From a virus (lineage: Duplodnaviria > Caudoviricetes), in IMG/VR virus record IMGVR_UViG_3300020576_004226, positions 1 through 64,000 of that record: a DNA stretch of 64,000 nt. One strand, 5' to 3'. Under the pieces are notes generated by a model that made no database searches, was not told the DNA's origin, and was given only the letters and a program-made list of their open reading frames with translations. Below are positions 28,385 through 38,380 of this stretch, piece by piece. The first letter of the stretch is position 1. Each line of letters begins with the position of its first letter. The position numbers and the translations under genes are program-made.

Positions 28385-28971
28385 GCAACCAGGAAATTGA
28401 ACGTCGTAATGAGGCTATTGCCTTCATGCTCGGCTGGGTAAAAGCGAAGTCTTTTGTTTCTCATTGGACTTCCATATCAACCAACGAGCGAGTTGAACTT
28501 GCTAATGAATATTGGATTGAGAACTTAGGCGAATCGCTGGTTTACCATGTGAATGGCCTCAACTTTCATAAGAGCGATATCCTGCTTGAAGCTGCCGTCC
28601 ACTTCATTGTCAACCACCACAATGTGTCGGTTCATCGTTGTCTGTTTCCGGAAGGCTGGGAAGTGCAAATCAAGAGCAACAAAGACATCACCCGCGCAGT
28701 ACATTACAACAAGACCGGAGAAAAGAAGTTTTGCCCGCTGGCATATTTGCCGTCCTCGTCACCTCGAGAGGCTCTGTTCCTGGCCTTGTCGGACTTCTCA
28801 GCCCAATTCTTGCCTACGACCATTGAGCGCATTCTCGAGCAAATTAGCGTGCAAGAGCAAATTACCATCCACGCTGGGTCGTTCACGGCTGCGATTGACT
28901 CCAGATGCAATGACCTGGGACTGGAGGTTTATTATGACGGCGACCTTGTGACCATTCGCCGACGCAGGTAA
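28381..28971 (+). CDS. Hypothetical protein
   Basis: ORF from ATG 28381. Confidence 0.55.
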   Translation: MSNQEIERRNEAIAFMLGWVKAKSFVSHWTSISTNERVELANEYWIENLGESLVYHVNGLNFHKSDILLEAAVHFIVNHHNVSVHRCLFPEGWEVQIKSNKDITRAVHYNKTGEKKFCPLAYLPSSSPREALFLALSDFSAQFLPTTIERILEQISVQEQITIHAGSFTAAIDSRCNDLGLEVYYDGDLVTIRRRR

Positions 28972-29009
28972 TACAAATTCGTAACAAAATCAACAATACT
29001 ACACAACAC

Positions 29010-29666
29010 ATGAAACACCCATTGCTTTTTATCGCTCTGCTGTTCTTAGCCTTCCAAGGCTTCTCCCAAGACAGCCTACAAACACCCGCTACGCTCGTAG
29101 TTGATTGCACGCTCCCATGCGACTCCACAGTAGAACCGGAAGTGCATCTTGACCTCATTACCGTTGAAGTTGTCAAAGTCTATGACGGAGACGGCTGCCG
29201 AGCGTTGTTCCCAGATGGTACGGTTCGCAAACTCCGATTCGCAAATTTGGATGCTCCTGACATCAAAAACGCTTATGTGGATATTGATTCCACCCAGCCA
29301 TTTGCCATTGCAAGTCGAGACAGTTTACGGCGGATGATTTTGCATAAGCAGATACAAATTGATACACTTCCTTTCGGCGACGCAAAATACAGTTACGGAA
29401 GGTTGCTTGTTGATGCCTATACCCTACCACTTGAAGAAGGCGAACCAACGGTTTACTTGAATCAATTGATTGTATCGAAAGGCTGGGCTTGGGCGGTTTC
29501 TTCCAGGAAAAATCAAGTGCGTGCAAACGGCTTCCTGTATGGCCTGATTGAAGAAGGATTTGCCCGAGCCAAGGCTGAAAAGCAGGGTTTATGGAAAGGT
29601 AAGGGAAGGAAATACAGCCCTGGGTATTGGAGGACAAACCCATGGAGAAAGTCCAAGACCGCATAG
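29010..29666 (+). CDS. Exported thermonuclease (SNase-like)
   Basis: Signal peptide; VVKVYDGDG; LRFANLDAPD; YGRLL; LNQLIVSKGWAWA; AKAEKQGLW. Confidence 0.88.
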   Translation: MKHPLLFIALLFLAFQGFSQDSLQTPATLVVDCTLPCDSTVEPEVHLDLITVEVVKVYDGDGCRALFPDGTVRKLRFANLDAPDIKNAYVDIDSTQPFAIASRDSLRRMILHKQIQIDTLPFGDAKYSYGRLLVDAYTLPLEEGEPTVYLNQLIVSKGWAWAVSSRKNQVRANGFLYGLIEEGFARAKAEKQGLWKGKGRKYSPGYWRTNPWRKSKTA

Positions 29667-29706
29667 GTGAGGAGGTTAGTTTTTTCATAGATGTTTTTGT
29701 TTTGAG

Positions 29707-29746
29707 AATTGCCGTGGGACTAAACCCCTGCGGCAGTTTTTGTTTT
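29707..29746 (+). terminator. Intrinsic terminator
   Basis: aattgccgtggg...ccctgcggcagtt followed by T runs. Confidence 0.7.
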
Positions 29747-29777
29747 CACAAGGTTATTAAAACAAAAGCGAATCAGT

Positions 29778-30266
29778 ATGATACCTAAATTCATTGTCAA
29801 CTTATTCAAAACAATAGCCAAAGAGGCGAAGTTGATTGTTGACAAAAATGAGCCTTCCTGGGACGGGCGCAGGAAGTCCTATTTGAGTCCGTGCACGCCA
29901 GAGTTACACGACACAATATGCAAGGGCTGCGGGAAGAGGATAGCCGACCACGAGTTCAAAACCAACAGCACTACGGCTCGTTGGGAAATGATGAAGCGCA
30001 TATATGACTTGCAGACGTGCGCTCCTTTGCCCGAGGGTTGGAGCCTACACTCTGAACCGAATGGCTTTGGCAAATGTTACACCTATTGGGCGTGCTCTGA
30101 CGAGGATGACCAAGATGCGTTCTTCAAACAAAAGCGCGTCTGTGAAGGTTGCGGTCACAAATACAAAAAGCCAATTCGTTGGATAGCAGACTTCCGAGCA
30201 GATTGTCAGAATCCAAAAGGCTGCGGTTGGATGATATTCAAGGACGGCACTCAAACTTTCGATTGA
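29778..30266 (+). CDS. Cys-rich hypothetical protein
   Basis: Several CxxC-like pairs. Confidence 0.55.
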   Translation: MIPKFIVNLFKTIAKEAKLIVDKNEPSWDGRRKSYLSPCTPELHDTICKGCGKRIADHEFKTNSTTARWEMMKRIYDLQTCAPLPEGWSLHSEPNGFGKCYTYWACSDEDDQDAFFKQKRVCEGCGHKYKKPIRWIADFRADCQNPKGCGWMIFKDGTQTFD

Positions 30267-30267
30267 T

Positions 30268-30780
30268 ATGAAAAAGTACCCTAAATTCGAGGCCACCCGA
30301 GCCTACAACGCAGATGGCACTCGCATGCAGTGCAAACACATTCCAGACCTTCGCATTCTTGAGTTCCTCTATGAACACCAAGACCACCCGGTTATTGATT
30401 GGAGGAATGAGTATGACCCGAGTTCAATTATGTTCAGAACTGTTCAGGTTGTCAAAGTTGAGCCTATGGTTTTTGTAGTTGACAAGGATGTAAACGTCTC
30501 TGGTCACGAATTGAAGAAAGGACAAAGAGTTTTGGCAAAAAACCTTACCGAAATTAAGCACAGCGACTTCACTTTGACGGTTGCCGGCTTATTCCCTCCC
30601 AACGTGCCACAAAAGTTGATTCGTGCCAAGATGAATAGCCTAATGAACCGAGGCTTGATTGAAGGAGGAGACGGCAGCCCGAGCGGAAATGGCAACCGGG
30701 TTGGAAGCCGCTTTGACGCCAAAATCACCGAGAAGGGGAAGAAGTACGTTGAATCAATAACTCATTGCGACTTGTTCTGA
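30268..30780 (+). CDS. Hypothetical protein
   Basis: 170-aa ORF; C-terminus may be a winged helix. Confidence 0.55.
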   Translation: MKKYPKFEATRAYNADGTRMQCKHIPDLRILEFLYEHQDHPVIDWRNEYDPSSIMFRTVQVVKVEPMVFVVDKDVNVSGHELKKGQRVLAKNLTEIKHSDFTLTVAGLFPPNVPQKLIRAKMNSLMNRGLIEGGDGSPSGNGNRVGSRFDAKITEKGKKYVESITHCDLF

Positions 30781-30781
30781 T

Positions 30782-30979
30782 ATGCCACGTTTCTACAACC
30801 ACAAATGGGACATATTAGGCGAAGTTTGCGAACGTTGCAAATTAGAACGTCGAGCGAAGGCCATAATGGTTGGTTCCAGGAGAGCATTCAAATACGAATA
30901 CTACGTCAACGGCAAGTGGGTTGAAGAAAGACCCGGCTGCCACGACAATAAACAATTCAATCAAACATACATAAGATGA
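30782..30979 (+). CDS. Small hypothetical protein
   Basis: CERC motif; coupled ORF. Confidence 0.45.
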   Translation: MPRFYNHKWDILGEVCERCKLERRAKAIMVGSRRAFKYEYYVNGKWVEERPGCHDNKQFNQTYIR

Positions 30980-31386
30980 TGAACGCACTTGACTTGGAGA
31001 AATTATCCGAAACGATGGCCGTCCTAAAGACCAACCGGCATATTGAGTTAGAAGCCTTAGAGTTGATGCTAAGGGAGTCGGTTGCTAAAGGCCACAACAA
31101 TACACTCATCGGCTTTATCACTTGGCTCGAGGCAAATTTCGACATCGCTCCGAACGGTGGAGTAATTGACAAACTCAAAGAGTTTCTATTCTTCACCCGT
31201 CCTGTAGAATTTCACTTCATTCCTTCGGTAGCAAAGAAGGAGAATCTGCCTGAAGAACCTGAAGAAAATACGGCTTGCTTCCTGGAGGAGGAGACAGACG
31301 GCTTCGGCAATAACCTTATGGCATTTTGGAGAATGGAAGTTGGAAAGTGGGAATGCATACCTATTTCTGAATTAGCACAAAAATAA
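30976..31386 (+). CDS. Hypothetical protein
   Basis: Coupled ORF. Confidence 0.55.
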   Translation: MMNALDLEKLSETMAVLKTNRHIELEALELMLRESVAKGHNNTLIGFITWLEANFDIAPNGGVIDKLKEFLFFTRPVEFHFIPSVAKKENLPEEPEENTACFLEEETDGFGNNLMAFWRMEVGKWECIPISELAQK

Positions 31387-31391
31387 TCGCT

Positions 31392-31697
31392 ATGGACATT
31401 CCAACCCGGCTTTACGCGGCAATTCGTTCCCTTCCGAAGCCTCGCAAGACCAAGTACGACAAGAATGGTACTCACGTCAAATTCTATTATCGAATTGTTG
31501 AATTAGGTAAAGTTCCCGGCTTGACAATCGCCCGAAACGGATTCATATACGCTCTTGACTCGCATCAAGCCGTTGACAAGTTAGCAAGCCGATACGACCT
31601 ATGCGGTGGAGGCTTAATTGAGAAGCCGCTCCCTGACGACTGCGAAGGCCGGGAAGAAGTTCAACCAGTTTTAACACTATACAGATTCATCAAGTAA
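31392..31697 (+). CDS. Hypothetical protein
   Basis: Coupled ORF. Confidence 0.5.
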   Translation: MDIPTRLYAAIRSLPKPRKTKYDKNGTHVKFYYRIVELGKVPGLTIARNGFIYALDSHQAVDKLASRYDLCGGGLIEKPLPDDCEGREEVQPVLTLYRFIK

Positions 31698-32164
31698 TGG
31701 TACTCAAATACATCATCATCAAAAACTCGGGAGCCATATTGTTCCCTGAAATCATAAGCCATTCGCAGGTCGGCAACCTATTCAATCAAGAGCCGATGAT
31801 ACCCGAAAGCGCAGGATTCGCTGTTATGGAAGACGGCAAGTGCGTTGGGGTATATGGTAACGCCGTATCGATGAAAGGCTTACCAAGTTTACCCGGCGAC
31901 GAGCACGTAATCAACGACTTCTTGTCTCCTGCAAGCCTCATCAAATATTACCACGCGTCAACTCAATCGGTAAGGGAGGAAGGCTTGGAGAAAGCGGACA
32001 AAAACAGACCTGGAATGCTCATTGTCAAAGTGCCGGATAATTGGACAGAGCAGAACGTAAGACAATTCAGGGAGACTTGGCAACGATTGATAGAGAGTCC
32101 CGGTAATGCCGTCAAAATAACGCTCGTGGACGTATTTGATAATACCAATCAAGTTGTCAAGTAA
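31697..32164 (+). CDS. Hypothetical protein
   Basis: TAATG-coupled ORF. Confidence 0.55.
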   Translation: MVLKYIIIKNSGAILFPEIISHSQVGNLFNQEPMIPESAGFAVMEDGKCVGVYGNAVSMKGLPSLPGDEHVINDFLSPASLIKYYHASTQSVREEGLEKADKNRPGMLIVKVPDNWTEQNVRQFRETWQRLIESPGNAVKITLVDVFDNTNQVVK

Positions 32165-32231
32165 CGGTTTGAAATTACATCATTCCAAAGTTCCAAAATA
32201 CCAAAATCCATTTTAAAGATTCACATCAGCC

Positions 32232-33464
32232 ATGGCAGAGAAAATAGTGACGCAACCGAACGTTCATCAAAGTGTCAAAAGGGACAAACTTGACCCGGAT
32301 ATTCTTAACAAACCCGTTGAAATAGACGAGATTGTCAAAGACCCCAATGCGTACAGGATGTGGCTCCAATTGGAGAAGGTGGATTGGCTCAATGATAAGA
32401 GGACATATGAAGCGTCAGACGGCAGTTTGATTGACCTCGCAATCATCGCACCCTGGCTGAAGAGACGTATCACCCACCTGCCCGCTAAGGAGCAGGAGCA
32501 TATTTGGGACATCAAGAACAACCACTATCAGAAGGCTCGGCTGTTAGCCAACCAATGGAAGAAGAAAGCCTTTGGGACAATACCCGGTCCAAAGAAGCAA
32601 GCCAAGGAGGGCGACGACAACAAGCGTCAAAAGCAGATTGAGAACGCCAACGTCGCCCGATTTGCGATGCTCATACCGAGGACTCCCGAGTTGATTGAAT
32701 TGTTCGGAAGGATGTTCACAATTGATGAGGTATTCGTCATGTGCGTTGAGGACTGGGGCTTGCCGGTAAATAAGAAGATGCTGTCCGAGTTTCGCAACCA
32801 TTATGCTGAAATCATTGCGGACAAAATCAACCACCACAAGAAGTCATTTGCTGATTTGAGATTGGGCATCAAGAAGTCCCGACTGGAGGAGTTTTGTTGG
32901 ATATATGCCGAGTTGAAGAAGGACTACAAGAAGACCCGTCAAGTCAAAATGATTGAGCAAATGCGGGGTGTTCTTCAGGATATTCGCAAGGAGATTGAAG
33001 GTGACAAGATCATCATCGAAGGCAACCTGGACATCAACATCGAGGCTTCCGTCAATGACCACCTTCAGAACGAGGTTCTCAAGAATTTGAGCATCCGTGA
33101 TTTGATTATCGGAAGGGTAGCGGCTCGAGTGGGGAGCAACCCGGCTCTTTTGGTTTACTATTTGACCAAGTCATATTATGCCAAATTCTCGGGCACAACT
33201 GGACCAATTGAAGACACGGCTTACGAGACAATTCAATATCCAAACGACGCTGGGTACGACTTTGATATGATTGAGAAGAACCAACAGCGTCTCCTGAATG
33301 AGCCTAATCAGCCCGAGTTGGTCGCTCCTTTGCCTTCGACCGTTGATATGACCGCAGGGGAGAAACTCCGTCAGAGGCTGCTTAGCATTGCTCTCGCCAA
33401 AACCTCGGACATGGAGCGCAACCAAACAGCCAACACCATAGTTTTATCCCCAAAGCAAAAGTAA
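32232..33464 (+). CDS. Possible terminase small subunit-like protein
   Basis: Central helical region (LIELFGRMFTIDEV...KSRLEEF...IRKEIEG..IIIEGNLDINI) recalls DUF2280/TerS-like proteins; tentative. Confidence 0.4.
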   Translation: MAEKIVTQPNVHQSVKRDKLDPDILNKPVEIDEIVKDPNAYRMWLQLEKVDWLNDKRTYEASDGSLIDLAIIAPWLKRRITHLPAKEQEHIWDIKNNHYQKARLLANQWKKKAFGTIPGPKKQAKEGDDNKRQKQIENANVARFAMLIPRTPELIELFGRMFTIDEVFVMCVEDWGLPVNKKMLSEFRNHYAEIIADKINHHKKSFADLRLGIKKSRLEEFCWIYAELKKDYKKTRQVKMIEQMRGVLQDIRKEIEGDKIIIEGNLDINIEASVNDHLQNEVLKNLSIRDLIIGRVAARVGSNPALLVYYLTKSYYAKFSGTTGPIEDTAYETIQYPNDAGYDFDMIEKNQQRLLNEPNQPELVAPLPSTVDMTAGEKLRQRLLSIALAKTSDMERNQTANTIVLSPKQK

Positions 33465-33599
33465 CGCCATGGCAGTTTACAGAGAATAAACAGAAGCGTA
33501 TGGACGCCAAAGTTCACCTTACTGTTAAACAATATCTTGCTGATTTCTCCTCTTTCGAGGGTATTGAGGCTTTCATTGGCAACGAAATAAGACAAAACA

Positions 33600-34559
33600 A
33601 TGGGTAAGAACCACGTATTCATCATAGCAAGGGACTCGAACACCCGGCTTCGCGTTCCTTGCTGCGTTCGCAAGTACGGCGCCAAGAAAGAGTACGGCGC
33701 TGAGAATGTCTATCCGACACGCGAGGCTTGCGCCTCTGCAATTATCCAGGATGAGGTGTTCGAATATACCCAAAGAGACGGGCAAAAGGTTCTCGTCACC
33801 CTCGCGCACATCCGAAAGCACTGCAAATGCCTGGGAAGCGACGAGTGCGCCAAGGATGAGTTTGATATCGCTTTCCAACGCTCCGGTTTGGTGAGGAACG
33901 ACTTCACCCGAGTGCTTGATATGGGGGATGTTTTGGTCAGCAACTTCAATATGTTTTTCTGGATTTGTGACTGCGGAACAAATGAGTTGTGGGTAAGGGA
34001 AGAGGATTGTCGTTTCATCAAGAAGATTGACGCCATCCATTCCATTGGTCCAGTATTTGATCCAGAAAAACTTGACAATCTGATAATCGGCGCTGACTTC
34101 GCTACCGGAGAAGATACAACCAATTTTTCATTGTTCAAGAAGCATAACGACGGCACATTTGAGTTGCTTCCACCCGGTGAATTTCCGGTTGACTCTCCCA
34201 AGATCAACAAATTGTTCCCTATGCACTTTGCTCATATCGGAGACGCTGATGCGAGCCGGTATCCGTTCAAGGTAAGCGATGAAGCATGGCAACAATTTCA
34301 AAAGGAATATCTCAACGCACCCGTCGCCCACAACGATGTTGCTTGTCAGGCTCTTGCTGAGTATGACCGTCTTGCTACGGCTCGGGATATTGCCATGTTC
34401 GAGCAAATCCCTGGACCAAACGGCGAATTGATAAACGGAAGGCGTCTCAATACCCCGAGTATCCCTTTGGTAAGCATGTATTCAATAGCACAACAATACG
34501 GAACAACAGTCAAGGAAATGAAAGAACACTGGCGTTGCCATAAACAACAAGGACAATGA
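33600..34559 (+). CDS. Hypothetical protein
   Basis: 319-aa ORF with Cys clusters. Confidence 0.6.
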   Translation: MGKNHVFIIARDSNTRLRVPCCVRKYGAKKEYGAENVYPTREACASAIIQDEVFEYTQRDGQKVLVTLAHIRKHCKCLGSDECAKDEFDIAFQRSGLVRNDFTRVLDMGDVLVSNFNMFFWICDCGTNELWVREEDCRFIKKIDAIHSIGPVFDPEKLDNLIIGADFATGEDTTNFSLFKKHNDGTFELLPPGEFPVDSPKINKLFPMHFAHIGDADASRYPFKVSDEAWQQFQKEYLNAPVAHNDVACQALAEYDRLATARDIAMFEQIPGPNGELINGRRLNTPSIPLVSMYSIAQQYGTTVKEMKEHWRCHKQQGQ

Positions 34560-34701
34560 TACTCGTAAACATTTGGTTCGACACGCCGCAAGGCAATTAC
34601 AACTATTTGGGTATGGTAACGACCCGCATAATCTCACCTTCAAAACTGTTCCGGAAGGCTTTCGGCTTCAACATGCCTGAGCATACGGAAGTGACTTTGA
34701 T

Positions 34702-34998
34702 ATGACAACATTATTGACGACATTCGTTGAGACGCATTACTCCTTCCATGTAAGCGCCAACGGGTATTCCTTTGTTTGTACAGTGACTTGGGACGGCAAC
34801 TCCTACCGCACCTGCGTGCTCGGTAAGCCCAACAGAATTGGCAAGCAAAACCATAAGACAATGCAAGATGCCATACTGGAGTGCTTTGGCTTTTGTGGCT
34901 CTTCGGAAGGCGACGCAATCAACTTGACAATAGACCTTACAAGGAAATTTCTCAACCTCGGCGAGCATGACGCTGTCGGCAACTTGAAGAAAATATGA
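34702..34998 (+). CDS. Hypothetical protein
   Basis: Coupled ORF. Confidence 0.5.
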   Translation: MTTLLTTFVETHYSFHVSANGYSFVCTVTWDGNSYRTCVLGKPNRIGKQNHKTMQDAILECFGFCGSSEGDAINLTIDLTRKFLNLGEHDAVGNLKKI

Positions 34999-35267
34999 CA
35001 CACAAAATTATGTTCTTTCTCACCTTGCTGCTATTCATTTTGGCAGCTGGTTCGCTCTGGAAATGGATCAACACAAAGTACAAGCGGCCACCCGAGCCTC
35101 CTCGCTTCAATCACGAAATATTGGAATTGTTTTGGGACAACAAAGACCGCTCCGTCGCTTCTCAGGTTTGCCGCGACCGGGTGCTGGAGAAGTTCACCTT
35201 GCGCAACCTTTGGCTGGCCTGGAAATACAAGATTGAGTTGAGGCTTTACAAATACATAGGCAAATGA
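34995..35267 (+). CDS. Membrane-anchored hypothetical protein
   Basis: N-terminal hydrophobic helix. Confidence 0.5.
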   Translation: MTHKIMFFLTLLLFILAAGSLWKWINTKYKRPPEPPRFNHEILELFWDNKDRSVASQVCRDRVLEKFTLRNLWLAWKYKIELRLYKYIGK

Positions 35268-35593
35268 GACACCGTATCAAGAAATATGATTTTGTCCTTC
35301 TGCGTTTTGAGACTCGGGAAGGAATTGATGAGAAGCGGTTTGAGAACTGCTCGGTTGGGAAGGCCGTCCGCACACTCGTATCCGACATCAAGATGCCGGT
35401 AATTCTCCACAAGGTTAACACAAGTGAATCGCACTTGCACGTGGCTGTTCAGAAAGTCAAGAACCGTTGTAACAGTTACGAGGGCTTGGTTGATGGAAAG
35501 CCTGGAGTAAGACAACCCGGCGAAAGCGACGGGTGGGAGCGCAGAGATGCGTTCTTTGCGGAAGAAAAACGTAATTATCTCAATTCAAATTAA
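35264..35593 (+). CDS. Hypothetical protein
   Basis: Coupled ORF. Confidence 0.5.
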   Translation: MRHRIKKYDFVLLRFETREGIDEKRFENCSVGKAVRTLVSDIKMPVILHKVNTSESHLHVAVQKVKNRCNSYEGLVDGKPGVRQPGESDGWERRDAFFAEEKRNYLNSN

Positions 35594-35600
35594 CAACATA

Positions 35601-35903
35601 ATGAAACTCGTACAAGCACAGAAACTCATGCTCATGCACGCCCTGGGCTACCTCGTCAAAATCGAAGACAATCACTATGAAGATCAACCAGCTACGGATA
35701 TCTACGAGGCCACGGAAACGGACGCTGCGGATAGTGACGGAGAAGTGAAGGAAGGCGAGATCGTCTATGACAGTTCGGTTTACTCGGCTCGGCCATTGCG
35801 TGTTGTGAATGCTGAAAGCGTGAAGACCTACATTCCATTTGATTGGAAGAATCAGGAGGTTGACCCGAACACAGATGTTTCAATTGACGACCTCCCGTTC
35901 TAA
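35601..35903 (+). CDS. Acidic hypothetical protein
   Basis: ORF from ATG 35601. Confidence 0.55.
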   Translation: MKLVQAQKLMLMHALGYLVKIEDNHYEDQPATDIYEATETDAADSDGEVKEGEIVYDSSVYSARPLRVVNAESVKTYIPFDWKNQEVDPNTDVSIDDLPF

Positions 35904-35906
35904 GCC

Positions 35907-36449
35907 ATGAGAATCATAACTACAAACCGCTCTGCAGACGTACATGCTCAGGTTGAAGGGAGACCCGAAATTTGGGGCTGTGGACCAACTCGAAATGCCG
36001 CCATTGGCAACTTGATTGCCGCTCATCAGGAATTATTCAACGTATCGGTACTTGACCAAGGCCAAACTTTACCCAACGATATGAAAAGGAAAATCATCAT
36101 CAAGCATGAAGTCCCTGACGGCTTCTACGACGACATCATGGTCACTGCGCTTGAAGGAGGCATCAACTACTGGTGCTCAAAGGCGACCGCTAAGGACGGT
36201 AACTTCTTTGGTGCAGAGTTTGTTTCAGACGTGATATCTAAGGGAGGCATTGTCATTATCCACCCGGACGACGAAAGTGGCGAGGAGCCAAAAGAGTTGA
36301 CCGCAGACATGATTGATTTGGCGCTTCAGCAACTCATCGACCGCCATGGCCAGGAATGGATTGACAAACTGATGTCCCAGGATATTGACGCTGGAGACGC
36401 AGACACCATTATTCAACAAGCCATATTCGGCGAACAAATCTTTGGATAG
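35907..36449 (+). CDS. Two-module protein (HicB-like N-terminus plus conserved phage module)
   Basis: VHAQVEGRPEIWGCGPTRNAAIGNL; ALEGGINYW...DAGDADTIIQQAIFGE. Confidence 0.5.
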   Translation: MRIITTNRSADVHAQVEGRPEIWGCGPTRNAAIGNLIAAHQELFNVSVLDQGQTLPNDMKRKIIIKHEVPDGFYDDIMVTALEGGINYWCSKATAKDGNFFGAEFVSDVISKGGIVIIHPDDESGEEPKELTADMIDLALQQLIDRHGQEWIDKLMSQDIDAGDADTIIQQAIFGEQIFG

Positions 36450-36451
36450 CC

Positions 36452-36682
36452 ATGTCATACTTTGAGAACAAGGCAAAACTCAAAACGGCTCTTGAAGTCA
36501 TTGAGTCAGACCGTCGCACCAAGACTCAATATGATTTGAGGGAGAAAAACCGAAAATTGGAGCGAATCGTGGCTACTTTAGTTGTTGCTCTGCTTGCCGG
36601 GTTCATTATATTCTTTGTATTACCAAAGCCTAAACAAAATGGTCTGGATAGACGCCACCAAGGGACTACCGCGCAAGAATGA
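36452..36682 (+). CDS. Small membrane protein
   Basis: Single transmembrane segment. Confidence 0.5.
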   Translation: MSYFENKAKLKTALEVIESDRRTKTQYDLREKNRKLERIVATLVVALLAGFIIFFVLPKPKQNGLDRRHQGTTAQE

Positions 36683-36890
36683 CGCAACCCAGCGCAATCA
36701 AAACCTCAACTACAGCGTGCGGGTAATTGTTTGCGTATATCACACCAATGGCAACTTTGAGTCGCTTTCGTTTGGACGCTACTCATTCGAGTCTGGCGAA
36801 TGGATGGTAGAGGGCTTCGGCGGCAATTGGGTGATTACTCATTGGACTTATCAAATACACCCTGTTACAAAACAAATCATTTTAGAATAA
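36639..36890 (+). CDS. Hypothetical protein
   Basis: MVWIDATKGLP...VITHW, a pattern seen in small phage ORFs. Confidence 0.55.
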   Translation: MVWIDATKGLPRKNDATQRNQNLNYSVRVIVCVYHTNGNFESLSFGRYSFESGEWMVEGFGGNWVITHWTYQIHPVTKQIILE

Positions 36891-36891
36891 T

Positions 36892-37404
36892 ATGGAATCA
36901 AAGAACAAAATGTCCGAGTTGAGTGTTGCAAACGGACAGTACGCTCGTTCTCGCAACCTATACAGAATGAATCTTGGTCCGCATGCTTTGAGTAACGATA
37001 CAGAAGACGGCGTGCCTCAACCCACTTCATTGGATTCGCCCGACGTTTGGCTGCTGTATGCCGATGTTATTCAACATAAGCAGAAGAAGGAGGCATTGAA
37101 GGCTGCTCTACAGCGTTGCATCAATGCTTGCGAATACCTCGTCAAATTAGTTCAACGCAATTCTCCCAGTATCAGCAATAAAGATCAATGGAGAACGCTC
37201 GTGTACCCGTATGAGTATTGCCAGAATGAGGCACGCGTTGACTTCAACAGCCTTCAACAACCAATAATTGCTCAAGCCTTTGCTGAACAATTGGGCAAGC
37301 AAATATTTGATTTCAACGGAGGTGAATACTCCGCTTGCTATGTTGAATATATGCAACAGCCTCCGAACGACCATGATGGAGTGCGCTTCTATTTTGTCAA
37401 GTAA
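36892..37404 (+). CDS. Hypothetical protein
   Basis: 170-aa ORF. Confidence 0.55.
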   Translation: MESKNKMSELSVANGQYARSRNLYRMNLGPHALSNDTEDGVPQPTSLDSPDVWLLYADVIQHKQKKEALKAALQRCINACEYLVKLVQRNSPSISNKDQWRTLVYPYEYCQNEARVDFNSLQQPIIAQAFAEQLGKQIFDFNGGEYSACYVEYMQQPPNDHDGVRFYFVK

Positions 37405-37441
37405 AACAAGCAAAGTTTTTTAATACATAACGCACCACGCA

Positions 37442-37753
37442 ATGAGATTCATACTCCTTTTTTCGCTCCTGTTCGTCTGCTTTTCAGCTTCGGCTCAAAC
37501 CGATTCCAACGGCAATATTTCAATCCAACCTGGAGACATCATTCGATTCACACCACATTTTGATGCTACAAAACCAATTGAGGTGAAGTACACCAAGTCA
37601 TGGCAACCCGCTGGTCAGTCGTACACGTTGTATGGATACAAGCAGATTGTTATACTTAAACAAAACCGAAACGGCTCGTTTGAGTTCGCCAAATACAGAG
37701 ACGCATTCATGGCAGCAGTAGAAGACTACAGGTCTTTGACTCAAAGAAATTGA
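37442..37753 (+). CDS. Exported protein with signal peptide
   Basis: MRFILLFSLLFVCFSASAQ leader. Confidence 0.65.
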   Translation: MRFILLFSLLFVCFSASAQTDSNGNISIQPGDIIRFTPHFDATKPIEVKYTKSWQPAGQSYTLYGYKQIVILKQNRNGSFEFAKYRDAFMAAVEDYRSLTQRN

Positions 37754-37758
37754 AGAAT

Positions 37759-37832
37759 ATCCAGTGGGGAAGGGAGGCCGCGCAAAGTGTCGCTTGAAAG
37801 CGTTCCGACAGAGCCGAACTTCCCCTATGGAT
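37759..37832 (+). ncRNA. Candidate structured intergenic RNA element
   Basis: atcca/tggat and ggggaag/cttcccc outer stems enclosing cgct-tgaa-agcg. Confidence 0.3.
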
Positions 37833-37855
37833 TTTAAACACAACAACAAAAAGTT

Positions 37856-38092
37856 ATGAGCAACCTGATTAACACATTCGACCCGGCTGCGCTTGACAGC
37901 AAAGACTACCCAGCTGTACTTTTGTTCTTTGCCAATTTGAAGAAGAAAGCCGAGCAACACGGCTTCTCAGGTTTTGAATTGGCGGTGAATGAAGATGGAG
38001 TTGTGGATGTACTCGGATTTGAGCAAGAAGACGGCACTGTTCACCCCAACACAATAGCCGAGATTGACAGGCTTTTGGAACCTTATTTGTAA
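37856..38092 (+). CDS. Hypothetical protein
   Basis: 78-aa ORF. Confidence 0.55.
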   Translation: MSNLINTFDPAALDSKDYPAVLLFFANLKKKAEQHGFSGFELAVNEDGVVDVLGFEQEDGTVHPNTIAEIDRLLEPYL

Positions 38093-38095
38093 GAC

Positions 38096-38380
38096 ATGTA
38101 CACATTCAAATTCACAGCAAACAAGGTCGCGGTCATGTTTGTTATAGGCTTCCTTTGCTACAATATCGCAGGGCAGCTGACTCGCTGGTTGTACGAGCAC
38201 GATGTGTTTATTGTGCTCTGCTTCATTTTCATACTCTGGGGTATTTCCTACTTCCCAGTTTGGATTGTTGATTGGGCTTTATACAAAATGGCTGAATGGA
38301 CAGAAGACGCCAAACGGAAAGCGAACGCGCAGAAGTATGGCCACACCTACACCAAGTTCAAAGAGACAAAAAAGAAATGA
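38096..38380 (+). CDS. Membrane protein
   Basis: Two hydrophobic helices. Confidence 0.55.
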   Translation: MYTFKFTANKVAVMFVIGFLCYNIAGQLTRWLYEHDVFIVLCFIFILWGISYFPVWIVDWALYKMAEWTEDAKRKANAQKYGHTYTKFKETKKK

